From Octopus vulgaris (taxonomy: Eukaryota), in contig OX597823.1 of assembly GCA_951406725.2 (NCBI GenBank), positions 100,812,001-100,876,000 of the forward strand: a stretch of DNA of 64,000 bases, written 5' to 3'. The notes beneath the pieces are model-generated. The model was not told the origin of the DNA. It saw nothing but the letters and a program-made list of their open reading frames with translations, and ran no database searches. Shown here piece after piece: positions 42,043 through 54,061 of this stretch (its first letter is position 1; each line of letters begins with the position of its first letter). Position numbers and translations under genes: made by a program.

Positions 42043-44488
42043 ATTGACCAATATGGGTGGATTGTAGTCTATAAGGGAAGCAGTGATTAAATACCTGCCT
42101 TTGTGTGTAGGACAGCTCGGCTGAGGATAATATATCAGGGCTGTTAGTTGGTAGTGGCTTGAAGTTCATTTACAAGACGTTCTTCTTGGTGAAGTACATG
42201 TTGTGTCTCATGGAGATAGGATTGGCAATTGTGAGTTCTAGGTGAGTAATAAGTAGCCTTCCTTACTCACAATTATGTGAGTGTATGCTTATGTCCCCTT
42301 GACTCGACATGATAGTTGTAAATGAGAGCTACTGTTATTTAAGTTTGGTTGTTCATTCCAGTCTTTCATGAAAAAGACAACCTGCTAAAGGGGAACATTA
42401 CTTTGCTTGCTAACAGTTGAAGTTTGATGTTAGGCATTGAACCATAGAAAATCTGTCAGACCCATGCAAGCATGGTAATATGGAATGTTGAAACAATGAA
42501 AATGAGACTGACTGAAATGAGGCAGAAATGTGAAAAATGAAGTTCACCTTTTCATGATCATTTTTCAAAATGAAATACACTGTTGGAGTGGTTGGCATTA
42601 GGAAAGGCATCCAGCCGTAGAAACCATGCCAGATCAGATTGGAACCTGATGCAGCTCCCCAGCTTAGCAATTTTCAGTCAAACCATCCAACCCATGTCAG
42701 CATGGAAAACTGACATTAAATGAAGATGATGATGATGTCCAGGTGTTTCATTTTATCTTAGAAAACAAGTTCAAATGGATTCATTAAAATACTTAAGTTC
42801 TTCCTTATTAACATGGTGTTTGAACATATAATAAAACTGTACTTGAAATCATGATTGAAGATTTTAATTTAAATATAACCATGTTAGTTCTTTTGATATC
42901 AACCTACCTGAGAGCGCTCCTCACTCCATTACACAAACTTCTGGTTCTAAAGTGATTTAAATTAAAATCTTCCATCAAAATTTCATTTTAATTTATGCTT
43001 CAAACACTAGATTAATAACGACAAAGTTATTTTACCGAATTCTTTATTATTTTAAAAACTCAACCGAAACAAAGTATATTTCAACAAGAATATGGTCACT
43101 AAAGGGTTAAAGCAAGAATTGTTGTATACAGAATCAAAGGTGGTCTCAGTCAAGTTTGTCTCAAAAGAGTTAAATGGACAGTCAATTAATTTTACAAATG
43201 AAACTGCTGAGAAACCCTCAGGTAAATGAGTTCTTTTTTTTTACCTATTGGGTCTGGAGAAAAAGGAAAGGCTCATGGCCTTTGCAGACTTTCTTAGACC
43301 AGTGAGAATGATGCCATTAATGTTCCTCATGAATCTTTCTAAGTCAATACTTATGAGGAAGACTGGGAATAGTAGTTAGTGTGAGGCCTGGTAGAAATGG
43401 ACATAAGAGTGATCAGATGAGGAGGAGAGACTAGTGGAAGCAGAGTGTCTGAGTGAAAGAGGTGTGAGCACAGGCTGCTTTAAGGAACAAAGACAGCATA
43501 CTTGTGAATGAGAGGTTGAAGTGCGTCAATGAGTGATTTATATGTCAATCAGTTGAATGGTTTTTTCTGGATGGAGTTTATGATGTTTGTGTGTAACAGC
43601 AGCCACAGATCATCAAAGCTGTGAAAGCAATCCTCTAAACCTCTCTTAAACCACGTACCGCAATCATAAAATCAGGAAGGACATACGGAATACTGTAGCC
43701 CTGCATATACAATGTCTACAAAAAAGCAGATTGGTCATAACTGGAACAAGGTCTGACTATGATTAATCATGTTTAATCATAGTCAGAAACACACACGTCC
43801 ATAAACCCACAAAATCAAACCAATGAGCAAGACTGTGCATGGTGGCTTAACTTGTCTAAAATAGCAGAATAATCTTCCTCAAATCACAGTTTGTATGTTT
43901 ATTTTTCCATATTAACATGGATTAGATTAATATATATTATCAAGACATAGGATGAAGTGGTGAGGCATGACCTTTGAATGTTGGGCCTCACAAAGGCAAT
44001 GACAAGCGACCAAGACCTCTAGTGCAGTGGTTCCCAACCAATTTTTGGCCATGCCCCACTGAATCATTTCTAAAATCCTGATGCACCCACCCCTTGTGAT
44101 ATCTAATTTTTGTTATTCAAAATTTTACTACTATTCACTTGGAAGAAGCTTAAAAGGCTATTAATTTGGTCTCTAAACAAGCTTCCAAAGAACATGGCAT
44201 TCATGAAAGAGAAAAATAAAGAAAAGCGGAAGGGCAGTTAAATAAATAAAGTTTCAAAAACATTGTGGAGGACACCCTCGAGCCAGAGAAGTGGACTGTT
44301 CCACTACAAATAAATAATTGACAGACATAACGAGTGGGGAAACCAGCAAGCTAATTTATGTGGGTCGTATTGCACATTGTTATATACTTTTGAAGGTCTC
44401 CCGTTGGGGTGAGCCTATGATTTGGATTGTTGAATTTGTTTTATTACTGTTGCTGTTTTTGCCTGCGGCAAGTGGAGGGAAGGGAGAA

Positions 44489-45550
44489 ATGGAATGGGAA
44501 CTAGTTCCAGCGCTTGCCGGCAGTTATGTTTCGGCAGCTGGAAGGGATGTGGTTGCAGATGCGCTGGAGGTGCAGGAGGTGGAAATCAAGCGGAGGAGGC
44601 TGGAGAGGAGTGCAACAGGTTGGTTCAAAGGGAGGGAGCTGGTTTGGGGCTGGCCCCACCAGAAGAATTAACAACCAGCATAGCAAAGCAAATGGTGGTC
44701 TGCAGAACACTGTCTGCGACAGTGAGGAGGGTTGAAGTGGAAGCAGTGGAAGAGTGTCTGAAGGAGATGGGAAACCTGACAACATTATGGACAGGAGGGG
44801 AAAGGTGTGACATAGTGGAGGTGGGGTTCGCTAGCAAGTGGGAGGTGATGGGTTGCTCCACTGTGACACTCAGGACGCAGCAGTGGGTGCTCTTGCCAAC
44901 TTACCATGCCAAGGGGGTTGCTGGAGTGAGGATGGGTAGGGTGCCCCTGGAGGTCAGGGAAGCATGGCGGGTGGCAGCCATTTTGCATGAAATGGAGGAG
45001 GATGTGGAAATTTTGAAGGTGACGAGGACAAGGCGGGTGAACCAGATGGGGTTGTGGCCTTGAAGTGGCCTTCCAGGTGGGACTGGAAGATCTGCATGAA
45101 GTTGCTGAGGAGGTGGTTTTGCCAGATGATGTGGGATTGAGAGTGGTGGTGGAGGGTGGACCTCCAGCCTGTTACTGGTGCAGGTAGAGGGGACACATGG
45201 GGGTGGGGTGCCCCCAGAAAGGCATTAAAGGTGAGGAAGAGCAACAGGAGCAGAGTGCTGAAGTGGTGGCCCTGATAGATTAGGAGTGCTCAGAGGAGGC
45301 GGAGGAGGCATTTGTGGTGGTGGCCAGAGAGGAAGAAAAGGAATGTGTGAACTCAGCACCAAAGAGCCCACTAAAGAAAAGGAAGGAGAGTAGAGTGGAA
45401 TGTGCAGAAGCAACACGACACGAGCCTCCAACAGTACCACCAACAAAGAAAAGTGAAAGGGAAAATACCATAGAGAACCAAATTCCACCGCAGGAACAAA
45501 CAATCCAAAGATCTGCAAAGAAAAATCACCAAATTCAAATTGGTGATTAG
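44489..45550 (+). pseudogene. LINE ORF1-like CCHC zinc-knuckle protein inside the 5' LTR
   Basis: GSYVSAA..VEECLK..WVLLPTY..VRMGRVPLEV..ILKVTRT, then CYWCR*RGHMGVGCP (~45169-45215); frameshifted. Confidence 0.7.
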
Positions 45551-46085
45551 AATCAAACTACCAGTAGAACACTACCCAGAGAGTACGAAGGCAATTGTGA
45601 TAGAAAAGGTACGAAAAATTGAAAGATCTGTTTGGAAACAAGGTGGAATTTTTTGAACTACCACCAGTCATAGATTATAAAGACTTATTACCATATATAA
45701 AATAGTAAACCGTAAGTAAACTGTTTTAATTTCAAAAGACTGTACACACGATGTAGAAAGAAAAAAAAGGAAAAAAAAAGAGAAAACTGATATAAAATCT
45801 TACATTGAAATATTTAAATGGTACTGCTTGAGAGTGGGGCTCATGCAGCCATTTCATCCTCATTAATTATTATTCATCCCTCATTCATTGTTTTATGGTT
45901 TTTGTCCCCACTGTGGTGTTTTGCCTGTCCTTGTGCCATCCCCCCTCTGTGTTGTGGCATGTGTGCCAAATAGAGAAAACAAGTTAGCAAGGCACACCGT
46001 TTGGCCACTCATGTAGTCTGGGCCAGTTGAGCTGATGTACGTCGTCACAACACCACACAGAACAGTGTTGAACAAGACCCAACAG

Positions 46086-46095
46086 TGGCGACAAG
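46086..46095 (+). promoter_or_regulatory. Primer-binding site (tRNA-Ser(GCU)-like), repeated at 46149 and 46186
   Basis: TGGCGACAAG one base after the LTR end; the complement of the tRNA-Ser 3' end is TGGCGACGAG. Confidence 0.6.
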
Positions 46096-46506
46096 AATTT
46101 GAACTACATGCAGTGGAAAATGTAAAAAATCCTAACACTTTGTAAAAGTGGTGACAAGAATTTGAAAACATGCAAGACACAACAGTGGCGACAAGTTTTC
46201 GAACATACGCGGGATACAACAATGATTGCAGAATACAAAGAAAAATTTGATGATGAATTAAAAATTAAAGCAGAGAAATGTTTACAATATTACACGGAGA
46301 CGAAAAAAAAATAGTGCAACAGATGTTAAGAAACGTGTAGGAAAAGAATATGAAAACAAAAATGCGCGGGAAGCAATGGGAGTGGATGGAGAGAGGACTT
46401 CAGAATATTCACAAGATCCAAGTTTTTCCCTCATAACTTTTAGGAAAATGGTTTTTAAATGAAATGGATCTTTTCGGTTTGAATGGCAGTTTTTTAAAAT
46501 AATTTC

Positions 46507-47142
46507 GGCGAACTTTCGTTTGTCGTAGCACACGTTTCCGTCGATTTCCTCCGTCGATTGTCGATTTCCTCCGTCGATTGTCGATTTCCTCCGTCGATTT
46601 CCGTAAAAAATGTAAACACTGAATCGGCCATACATACATACATACATACATACATACATACATACATACATACATACATACATACATACACACACACATA
46701 CATACACACACACACATACATAGATACATACACACACACACATACATGCAGACATACATATACACATACACCGAGTAAAAAATTACACTGAATCGGCCAT
46801 ACATACACACACATACATAGATACATACACACACACACATACATATACACATACACCGAGTAAAAAATTTCAGTTATCTCTCTCTTTCAAACATTACTCT
46901 CTCTGTCTCTTCGCACACACTAACAGAAGCACTTCACTTACACAACATACTGTCTGTCTCCCACACCCCATCAAACACACACACGGGGACTTCAAAAAGA
47001 AATTCCCTCGTCATAAAATCGCTTCCTCTTAGTCTCTTTCGCTCTCATTACTTCAAATATTCCCGCAAAGTCATATGTAAAAGAATAAAAGTTTTTTACG
47101 GAAATCGACGGAAACATGTGCTACGACAAATGAAACATCGCC
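46507..47142. mobile_element. Nested MITE
   Basis: TIR ggcgaactttcgtttgtcgtagcac / gtgctacgacaaatgaaacatcgcc; 8-bp TSD ataatttc; 19-bp subterminal repeats. Confidence 0.88.
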
Positions 47143-47209
47143 ATAATTTCTATGTAACTAAACACTTTTAAACTTCGTATACTGGTAGAATGTGTTTATA
47201 AAACATCTT

Positions 47210-47599
47210 GGATCTTTTCGGTTTGAATGGCAGTTTTTTCTAGCGGTGTCGTATGAAATTGTCACCTATAATTATGATCTATTGCATTTCAATCTATTTT
47301 AGGGTTAGGGTTAGGGTATCTTTTTTTCTTCACAAATGTAAATAAACCTAATCTGTTTCTTAAACGAGGGACATATTCATACGGCACAGAATGTTTTTTA
47401 TCTCAAATACGTTAGTGATTGGTTGAAATTGCAGAAATTGAAGAAAAAAACAACAAATATCTTATAAACTATAGAATTTTCTCAATAAAGCCGAGAGAAA
47501 AAGATGTTTTATAAACACATTCTACCAGTATACGAAGTTTAAAATTTTTTAGTTACCTAGAAATTATGTTAAAAACTGCTGTTCAAACCAAAAAGACCC
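47210..47599. mobile_element. Nested MITE of the same family as its host, containing (TTAGGG)n
   Basis: TIR ggatcttttcggtttgaa / ttcaaaccaaaaagaccc; TSD aacatctt. Confidence 0.88.
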
Positions 47600-47634
47600 A
47601 ACATCTTTTTCTCTTGGCTTTCTTGAGAAAATTC

Positions 47635-48690
47635 GGATCTTTTCCTTTTGAACGGCACATGTCAACACAATTTCTAGTTAACTAAACACTTTAAAACTTT
47701 GTATACTGGTAGAATCATCATCATCATCATCGTTTAATGTCCGTTTTCCGCGCTAGCATGGGTTGGACAGTTCGACCGGGGTCTGGGAAGCCAGGGGCTG
47801 CACCAGGCTCCAGTCTGATCTGGCAGTGTTTCTACAGCTGGATGCCCTTCCTAACGCCAACCACTCCGCGAGTGTAGTGGGTGCTTTTCCCGTACCACCG
47901 GCACGGTGCCAGGGGAGTCTGGCAGCGGCCACAATCGGTTGGTGCTTTTAACATGCCACCGGCCCGTGTCAAAATAAAACATTTTTTTCTCTTGGCTTTC
48001 TTGAGAAAATTGTAATTTGTTTGTTTAACGTAGTTTAATTTTTCGAATTTTAACCAATGAATCGCCTCTATTGAGCTAAAATCATTTGCTGCGTCTAAAA
48101 CTGAGACAACATCCTGTCACTAACCCTAACCCTCACCCTCACCCTAACCCTAAATTTTAGCCTTTCGTTTTTTTTTTCTTAATTGTTAAATTAATTTAAT
48201 TGTTACGCGTGTGTCTAAAATTATTCGTTTTGTTTTTGTTTTGAGTTTTTTCTTTCGTTTTAGCCTTTCGTTATGTATACGTACAGATAGCGTGTGTATA
48301 AAATTATAGAATTATTTTGTTTGTTAATTGTTTAAATTATTTTCCATTGCTTTCGTTTTTTTTTTCTTAATTGTTATCCTTAAATTAATTTAACAATTAA
48401 GAAAAAAAAAAACGAAAGGCTAAAATTTAGGGTTAGGGTGAGGGTTAGGGTTAGTGACAGGATGTTGTCTCAGTTTTAGACGCAGCAAATGATTTTAGCT
48501 TAATTAGAGGCAATTGACTGGTTAAAATTCGAAAAATTAAACTATGTTAAACAAACGAATTACAATTTTATCAAGAAAGCCAAGAGAATAAAATGTTTTA
48601 TTTTGACACATTCAACCAGTATACGAAGTTTTAAAGTGTTTAGTTAACTAGAAATTGTGTTGACATGTGCCATTCAAAAGGAAAAGATCC
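47635..48690. mobile_element. Nested fold-back MITE with telomere-like hexamers on both arms and an RTE tail inserted at 47715-47965
   Basis: TIR ggatct(t)ttttccttttgaa / ttcaaaaggaaaagatcc; TSD gaaaattc; (CCCTAA)n at 48120-48152 and (TTAGGG)n at 48427-48454. Confidence 0.88.
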
Positions 48691-49811
48691 GAAAATTCTG
48701 TAGTATGTAAGATATTTTCTTCAATTTTGGTAATTTCAACCAATCAATGACGTCTATTGAGGTGAAAACATTATCTGCCGTAAAATCTTCTGGCGGTGAA
48801 ATATGAAAATGTCCCTTGTTTAAGAAACAGATTGGGTTTATTTACATTTCTGAAGAAAAAAAAGATACCCCTCCCCCCACCCCTAACCTACACCTAACCG
48901 TAACCCAACCGCTAACTCTAACCCTAAAACAGATTGAAATGCAATAGATCAATACTAGGGTCATAATTATGGGTGGACACTAAGGAGGGAACGGTTTTGT
49001 TATCCAGCTCTGTTTACGAGTGACCCCTCAGTTTATGGCCACAGGGTATCTTTTTTCTCATAAAATAACAGCGACATTTTCATATAACGCTGCCATAAAA
49101 TGTTACGGCAGAAATCGTTTTCACCTCAATAGACGTCATTGGTTGGGTGAAATTGCCGAAATGCAAGAAATTAAAGACCAAATATCTTACAAACTATAGA
49201 ATTTCCTCAATAAATGCAAGAGAAAAAGATGTTTTATAAACATATTCTACCAGTATACGGTTTAAAATTTTTTAGTTACATAGAAATTATTTTTAAAAAT
49301 TGCCGTTCAAACCGAAAAGATCCAATGAAATTTTATATAAATACCTTTCAAACGACATACATTATAGTTATAAAGAAATTTGAGGGTAAAATCTTTTCCG
49401 AATGGGTGGCGAGACGACTTCGGAAAATTCACAAGATCCGAGGTTTTCGCCCATAACTTTGAGGAAAATAAATATCTTTGATCAATATAAAGATCCTCAC
49501 CCGTTAACGAAAAAAAGAAGAAGAAAAAACCCCCAGTCTGCTGGGTGTTAACAACTGTGTAAAAAACGAATATTAAAAAAAATTATTGCGCAAACGAACC
49601 TGGGGTGGGGAGAGGACTTTCGGAAAATTCACAAGATCCATCATAACTTTCATGAAAATGGATATATATATATATATATAAAACCGCAACACCCTCCCCT
49701 CCCAATTCTACGGTCTTGGCCTTCAAGCAGGCTATCCACATGCTGGGGTTTCCCGAAAATCCGCCCAGGGCTGTTAAACGGAAAATTCTATTTTACAAAA
49801 CTATTTTTTAC

Positions 49812-50269
49812 ATTATTTACATTTGACGGATATTTGTCCTCATCTTGTTTGTTGTTAACACAATGTTTCAACTGATATATCCTCCAGCTTTCATCAGATG
49901 TCTGGGGGAAATTTCAAACCTTGGTTCTCATTCCTAGGGTATTTTTCCATGTTGTTGTTGTTGTTATTATTATTATTATCATTATTATTATTCATGTCAC
50001 TGCTTGGAATCGAACTCGGAATCTTGGGGTTAGCATCCCGCGCTCTTAACCCCAAGATTCCGAGTTCGATTCCAGGCAGTGACCTGAATAATAATATTGA
50101 AAAATACCCTAGGAATGAGAACCCAGGTTCGAAATTTCCCCAAGACACCTGATGAAGGCTGGAGGGTATATCAGCCGAAACGTTGTGTTAACAACAAACA
50201 AGATGAGGACAAATATCCGCCAAATGTAAATAATGTACATAATTCTTCATCTCTTAAATATAGAATTGT
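49812..50269. mobile_element. Head-to-head dimer of the tRNA-headed hammerhead element
   Basis: Left arm on - and right arm on +, joined near 50047; 15-bp TSD aaaactattttttac (49797-49811 and 50270-50284). Confidence 0.85.
50144..50189 (+). ncRNA. Minimal type I hammerhead ribozyme with intact core (mirror copy on - strand at ~49857-49902)
   Basis: gacac-CTGATGA-a-ggctg(gagggtatat)cagcc-GAAA-cg-TT-gtgtt; palindromic AACGTT in place of stem III. Confidence 0.85.
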
Positions 50270-50716
50270 AAAACTATTTTTTACCATAAATAACCGCCCA
50301 CCTATAATAATGGGTAGTAATATGGAAATAAAATATTTCACCTAGGAAAAACAAAGATATTCTCAAAAAGCATGTTTATTTTATAGAATTCCACTGAACT
50401 TCTATCGTTTCGGTTATCAGATATATAGACATAAAGAAACTGAAACAGCCTGAAAAGAAGTAGCATATCAAAAAATATTCTGAAGTTAACAATGGATCTA
50501 TTAGGAAATATTGAAAATTAAACTGTTGAAAACATGAATAGAAGCCTCGTATGAACAAATAATGTCCTTGGTCATTTATGCTAGAATAATAACCGAATAG
50601 TTTCAAGTTAAATATCACGAATTTCTTCATTTGTTGCTTGGCCATAATATCAGAGCAAATTTCACTTATCTGTGTCTCATTTTCCTCTTCACTTTTGTCA
50701 TGTGCATTATTTTACC

Positions 50717-53700
50717 TCAAAGCCAGACAAAACATCCTCTGAGTGTGATTTGAAGAGTCTTATGTGCTACAGTCTGGCCACGAGCTGCAATTCCATATCG
50801 TTCAAAAGCACGCTTTATTGTGTTTTTTTTAAAATTCAAAGTGGCAACAGCTTGAGTCACAAGGTTCGCTATCTCTTGATAAGAAGGCTTTTTGCGATAT
50901 CCTTTATTTGTATACGCCTTTTTGCCATTTGAAAACCAGTTCTCCCATTCAGCACGAAGGGCTTTCTTCAAAGGACCAATAATTGATACATCTAACGGCT
51001 GCAAGTAAGATGTTGTTTTAGAAGGTATAAGTTTGAGAATTGTAGTCCTACGTTTGAACACTTCTAGGAGCTCTGTTTTCTTGTGCACTGAGTATTCATC
51101 CACCATGAATACGTCGACTCAGAGATATTGCTTGGGCTGAATTCAAAAATCTGGATTCGACTGCAGCTTTTGAGGTGTACAAAACACAACGAGACCGAGC
51201 CGTGAAAATCGAAAAGAAAGAACGCTTCAGTTATGAATACAAAATCGCGGCAAATGCCAGTAGCAATCCAAAAACCTTCTTTGCCCATGTCCAGCGGAAT
51301 TCCCGCTTGAACAACCAGATTGCAACGTTGGTAGACTCAACAGGCGTATCGATTGAGGACCCTTATCAACAGAGTCAATTATTTGCCGAGGCTTTTTCAA
51401 CTATTTTCAAACAAGATGATGGTCGTGAACCCCCTCCATTTGATAGATCGGTACCTCCAATGCTTCGATTGGTCATCACGCGGGACGAAGTCAAACGTGT
51501 TATTCAAGGCCTCGATGTCAACAAGGGTCACGGCCCTGACGGCATACACCCACGGGTTATCAAAGCGTTGGCTCCGGTCATCTGCGAGCCCTTAACGCGA
51601 CAATTCAATATGTCATTGGCGACGGGTGTTATACCTGCAGACTGGAGAACAGCGATAATCTGCCCAATTTTCAAGAAAGGGAGCCGCGAAGTCCCGCTTA
51701 ACTACCGACCGGTTTCCCTTACATCAATAATCAGCAAGATGTTCGAAACCATCCTTAAGAAAAGTATGATGCTCCACCTCCTAAACACAGCCTCTATCTC
51801 TGATTCCCAACACGGCTTCGTGAGAGATCATGCTTGACCAACTTACTAGTAATGGAAGAATTGGTGACGCGCATCCTCGATGATAGTGATGCTGTTGACA
51901 TCGTTTTACTGGACTTTGCCAAAGCTTTTGACTCGGTAAACCACCGCCTATTACTTGTCAAGCTTCAAGCATATAGTTTCCATCCGGATATTGTACGATG
52001 GGTTGGTGCCTTCCTCTCAGATCGCTCCTTCCAAGTCCAAGTTAATGGTTCGCGGTCCGACGTCTCCAGTGCGAGCAGTGGCGTGCCTCAAGGTTCAGTG
52101 CTTGGACCCTTGTTATTCTTAGTCTTCATAAATGACTTGCCCGACGACCTCACGCAACACATCCTTCTATTTGCCGACGATATCAAACTGGTCGCTCCTC
52201 GCGGTAATATAGAGGATCTTCGTCGATGCCTCCACCAAATTTGGAAGTGGTCTAACGATTGGGACCTGTGTCTGAACGTGTCAAAGTGCTGTCATCTGCC
52301 TGTCGGCTCTACTCCTGCAACTCAACTTGATTTCGAGCCGGGTCGTCTGCTGCTGGAGAGGACCGATCAGGTAAAGGACCTAGGTATCTTGGTGGATTCC
52401 TCCTTTTCGCCTTCGGCCCAGTACGTCCATGCTGCCAACAAAGCACGCGGAATTCTGTTCTTGATTCGACGGTCATTCGGAATGCTCACAGCAGCCATAT
52501 TCCTACCACTCTATGTCACGCTGGTGAGACCCATATTGGAGTATGGGATTCAAGCCTCTTCTCCTTATCTCCTCAAAGACATACAGCATCTCGAAAGAGT
52601 CCAGAAGCTGGCTACCCGCATGGTTCATGGTCTCAAAAATTTGTCCTACGAAGAAAGGCTGAAGACGCTCGACCTTTATTCTCTTGAAAAACGCCGCCGC
52701 CGTAGTGATCTCATTCTCGCCCACAACATCATAAGCGGAAAGTGTAACCTCTCGAAAGAGCTGTTCTTCACTCCTGCTCCAGAGCGTCGGCTGCGGGGTC
52801 ATTCCGAAAAGCTCTACCTGCGACGATTTCATCTCAATCGAAGGAGAGGAGCTTTCTCCGTCCGGGTTGCGGATCCGTGGAACAAGCTGCCAGACGAGAT
52901 GGTAAAGATGCCGACGACCGCTTTGTTCAAAGCCTCCCTGGACCTCAAGTGGCCTGAACTCTTTACATGAACACCACCCTGTACTTAACTCCATGTCCCC
53001 CTACATGGCCTTGCTATTTGCTTTTGAGCCAAATTAACTAACTAACTAACTAACCATTAGCACTGAATTCTGAGCATGGAATAGTTGTGCTGTTCTCTGC
53101 CCAAACACTTTGTCAGCCCACAGCTGCCTGAGTTCATATGTGATTGATCCCTTGTTGGAGACTGTTACGGAAATATTCTTCGGGACCTTAATTTTATGCA
53201 CGTTTTTCAATTCTTTAAGGATAATCATTGTTTTCAATACCTTTCCTGCAGCTTTAAACACACAACACAGCAGTAAAACGAGCTTTGGTAGCACCACAGT
53301 GGCTAGCATCTACATTTTTATTGCCAACAAAGTCTATGGTTGTTGAACTCAACATGTCAATGTATACAGCTGTTTCATCCATATTATAAATCTGGTCAGC
53401 ATCCTTATCTGCTGTTAATATAGGAATGCTATCTAGATCGTCACTGGCGATTTGTGCCTTTACTCCAAGTGTTTTATTGCCTGCTTGACCAACATGTGTA
53501 ATCTTTCTCACAGTTTATTCCGTTTCATGAAATTGAAAATCCATTTATCAGAACATCTTATGCTGTTCACTTCCATTTCAAATCTTTTTACTAATTGAAA
53601 AGTATATTCCTGTAAACGACGATAATTTACGATTATATCGTTTGCACGCTGAACAACAATCCACTGTAAGTGTTCAAGCTCTAGGTCTCCATGTGCTGGT

Positions 53701-53903
53701 CTTCTACCTCCACAAATTGCTCTGCGCCCCCTCTTGTCTGACATTGATTAACTCAGTTTCTTTTGTGCACCATTCTCTCTCAGTCGTTTTCTGACACAGC
53801 AGATAAATTGCCAGAATGTTTTTTCACTCGTTTAATAGCACTCAATTTTTCAGATCGTATATGATCGTTGAACACGTCTTCATATATTTTCTTTTGACTC
53901 CAT
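50717..53903 (-). pseudogene. pogo/Tigger-type transposase (CENP-B HTH plus DDE_1), split by a CR1 LINE
   Basis: LELEHLQWI..CSDKWIFNFMKRNKL..IYNMDET..SVLMV|DEYSVH..TSYLQPLDVSI. Confidence 0.85.
51107..53052 (+). mobile_element. 5'-truncated CR1-clade LINE, RT nearly intact (one frameshift near 51825), (CTAA)n tail
   Basis: GPDGIHP, NYRPVSLTS, QHGF, LDFAKAFDSVNH, GVPQGSVLGPLLF, FADDIKL, RGHSEKL; TSD accat (51102-51106 and 53053-53057). Confidence 0.93.
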
Positions 53904-54061
53904 TATTGGGAATAAAAACCTTTTGAATTTATCTTCAGAGGTAAAACAAGAACGATAACTCTGTTTCAACTTTTAACCGCAAATCAACGCCCATGCGTGA
54001 TCGAAAAAACCCACTACTAGAAATAACAGCCAAATCTCACAAAACTGCGATAACATAATAT

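Larger units (their letters stand above)
46466..49323. mobile_element. GG-terminal MITE (Merlin-like) hosting three nested MITEs
   Basis: TIR ggatcttttcggtttgaa / ttcaaaccgaaaagatcc; 8-bp TSD aatgaaat. Confidence 0.88.

Noticed and set aside
48120-48454. Inverted telomeric arrays as a chromosome fusion site
   Set aside because: Short arrays in CCCTAA...TTAGGG order inside MITE arms bounded by TSDs.
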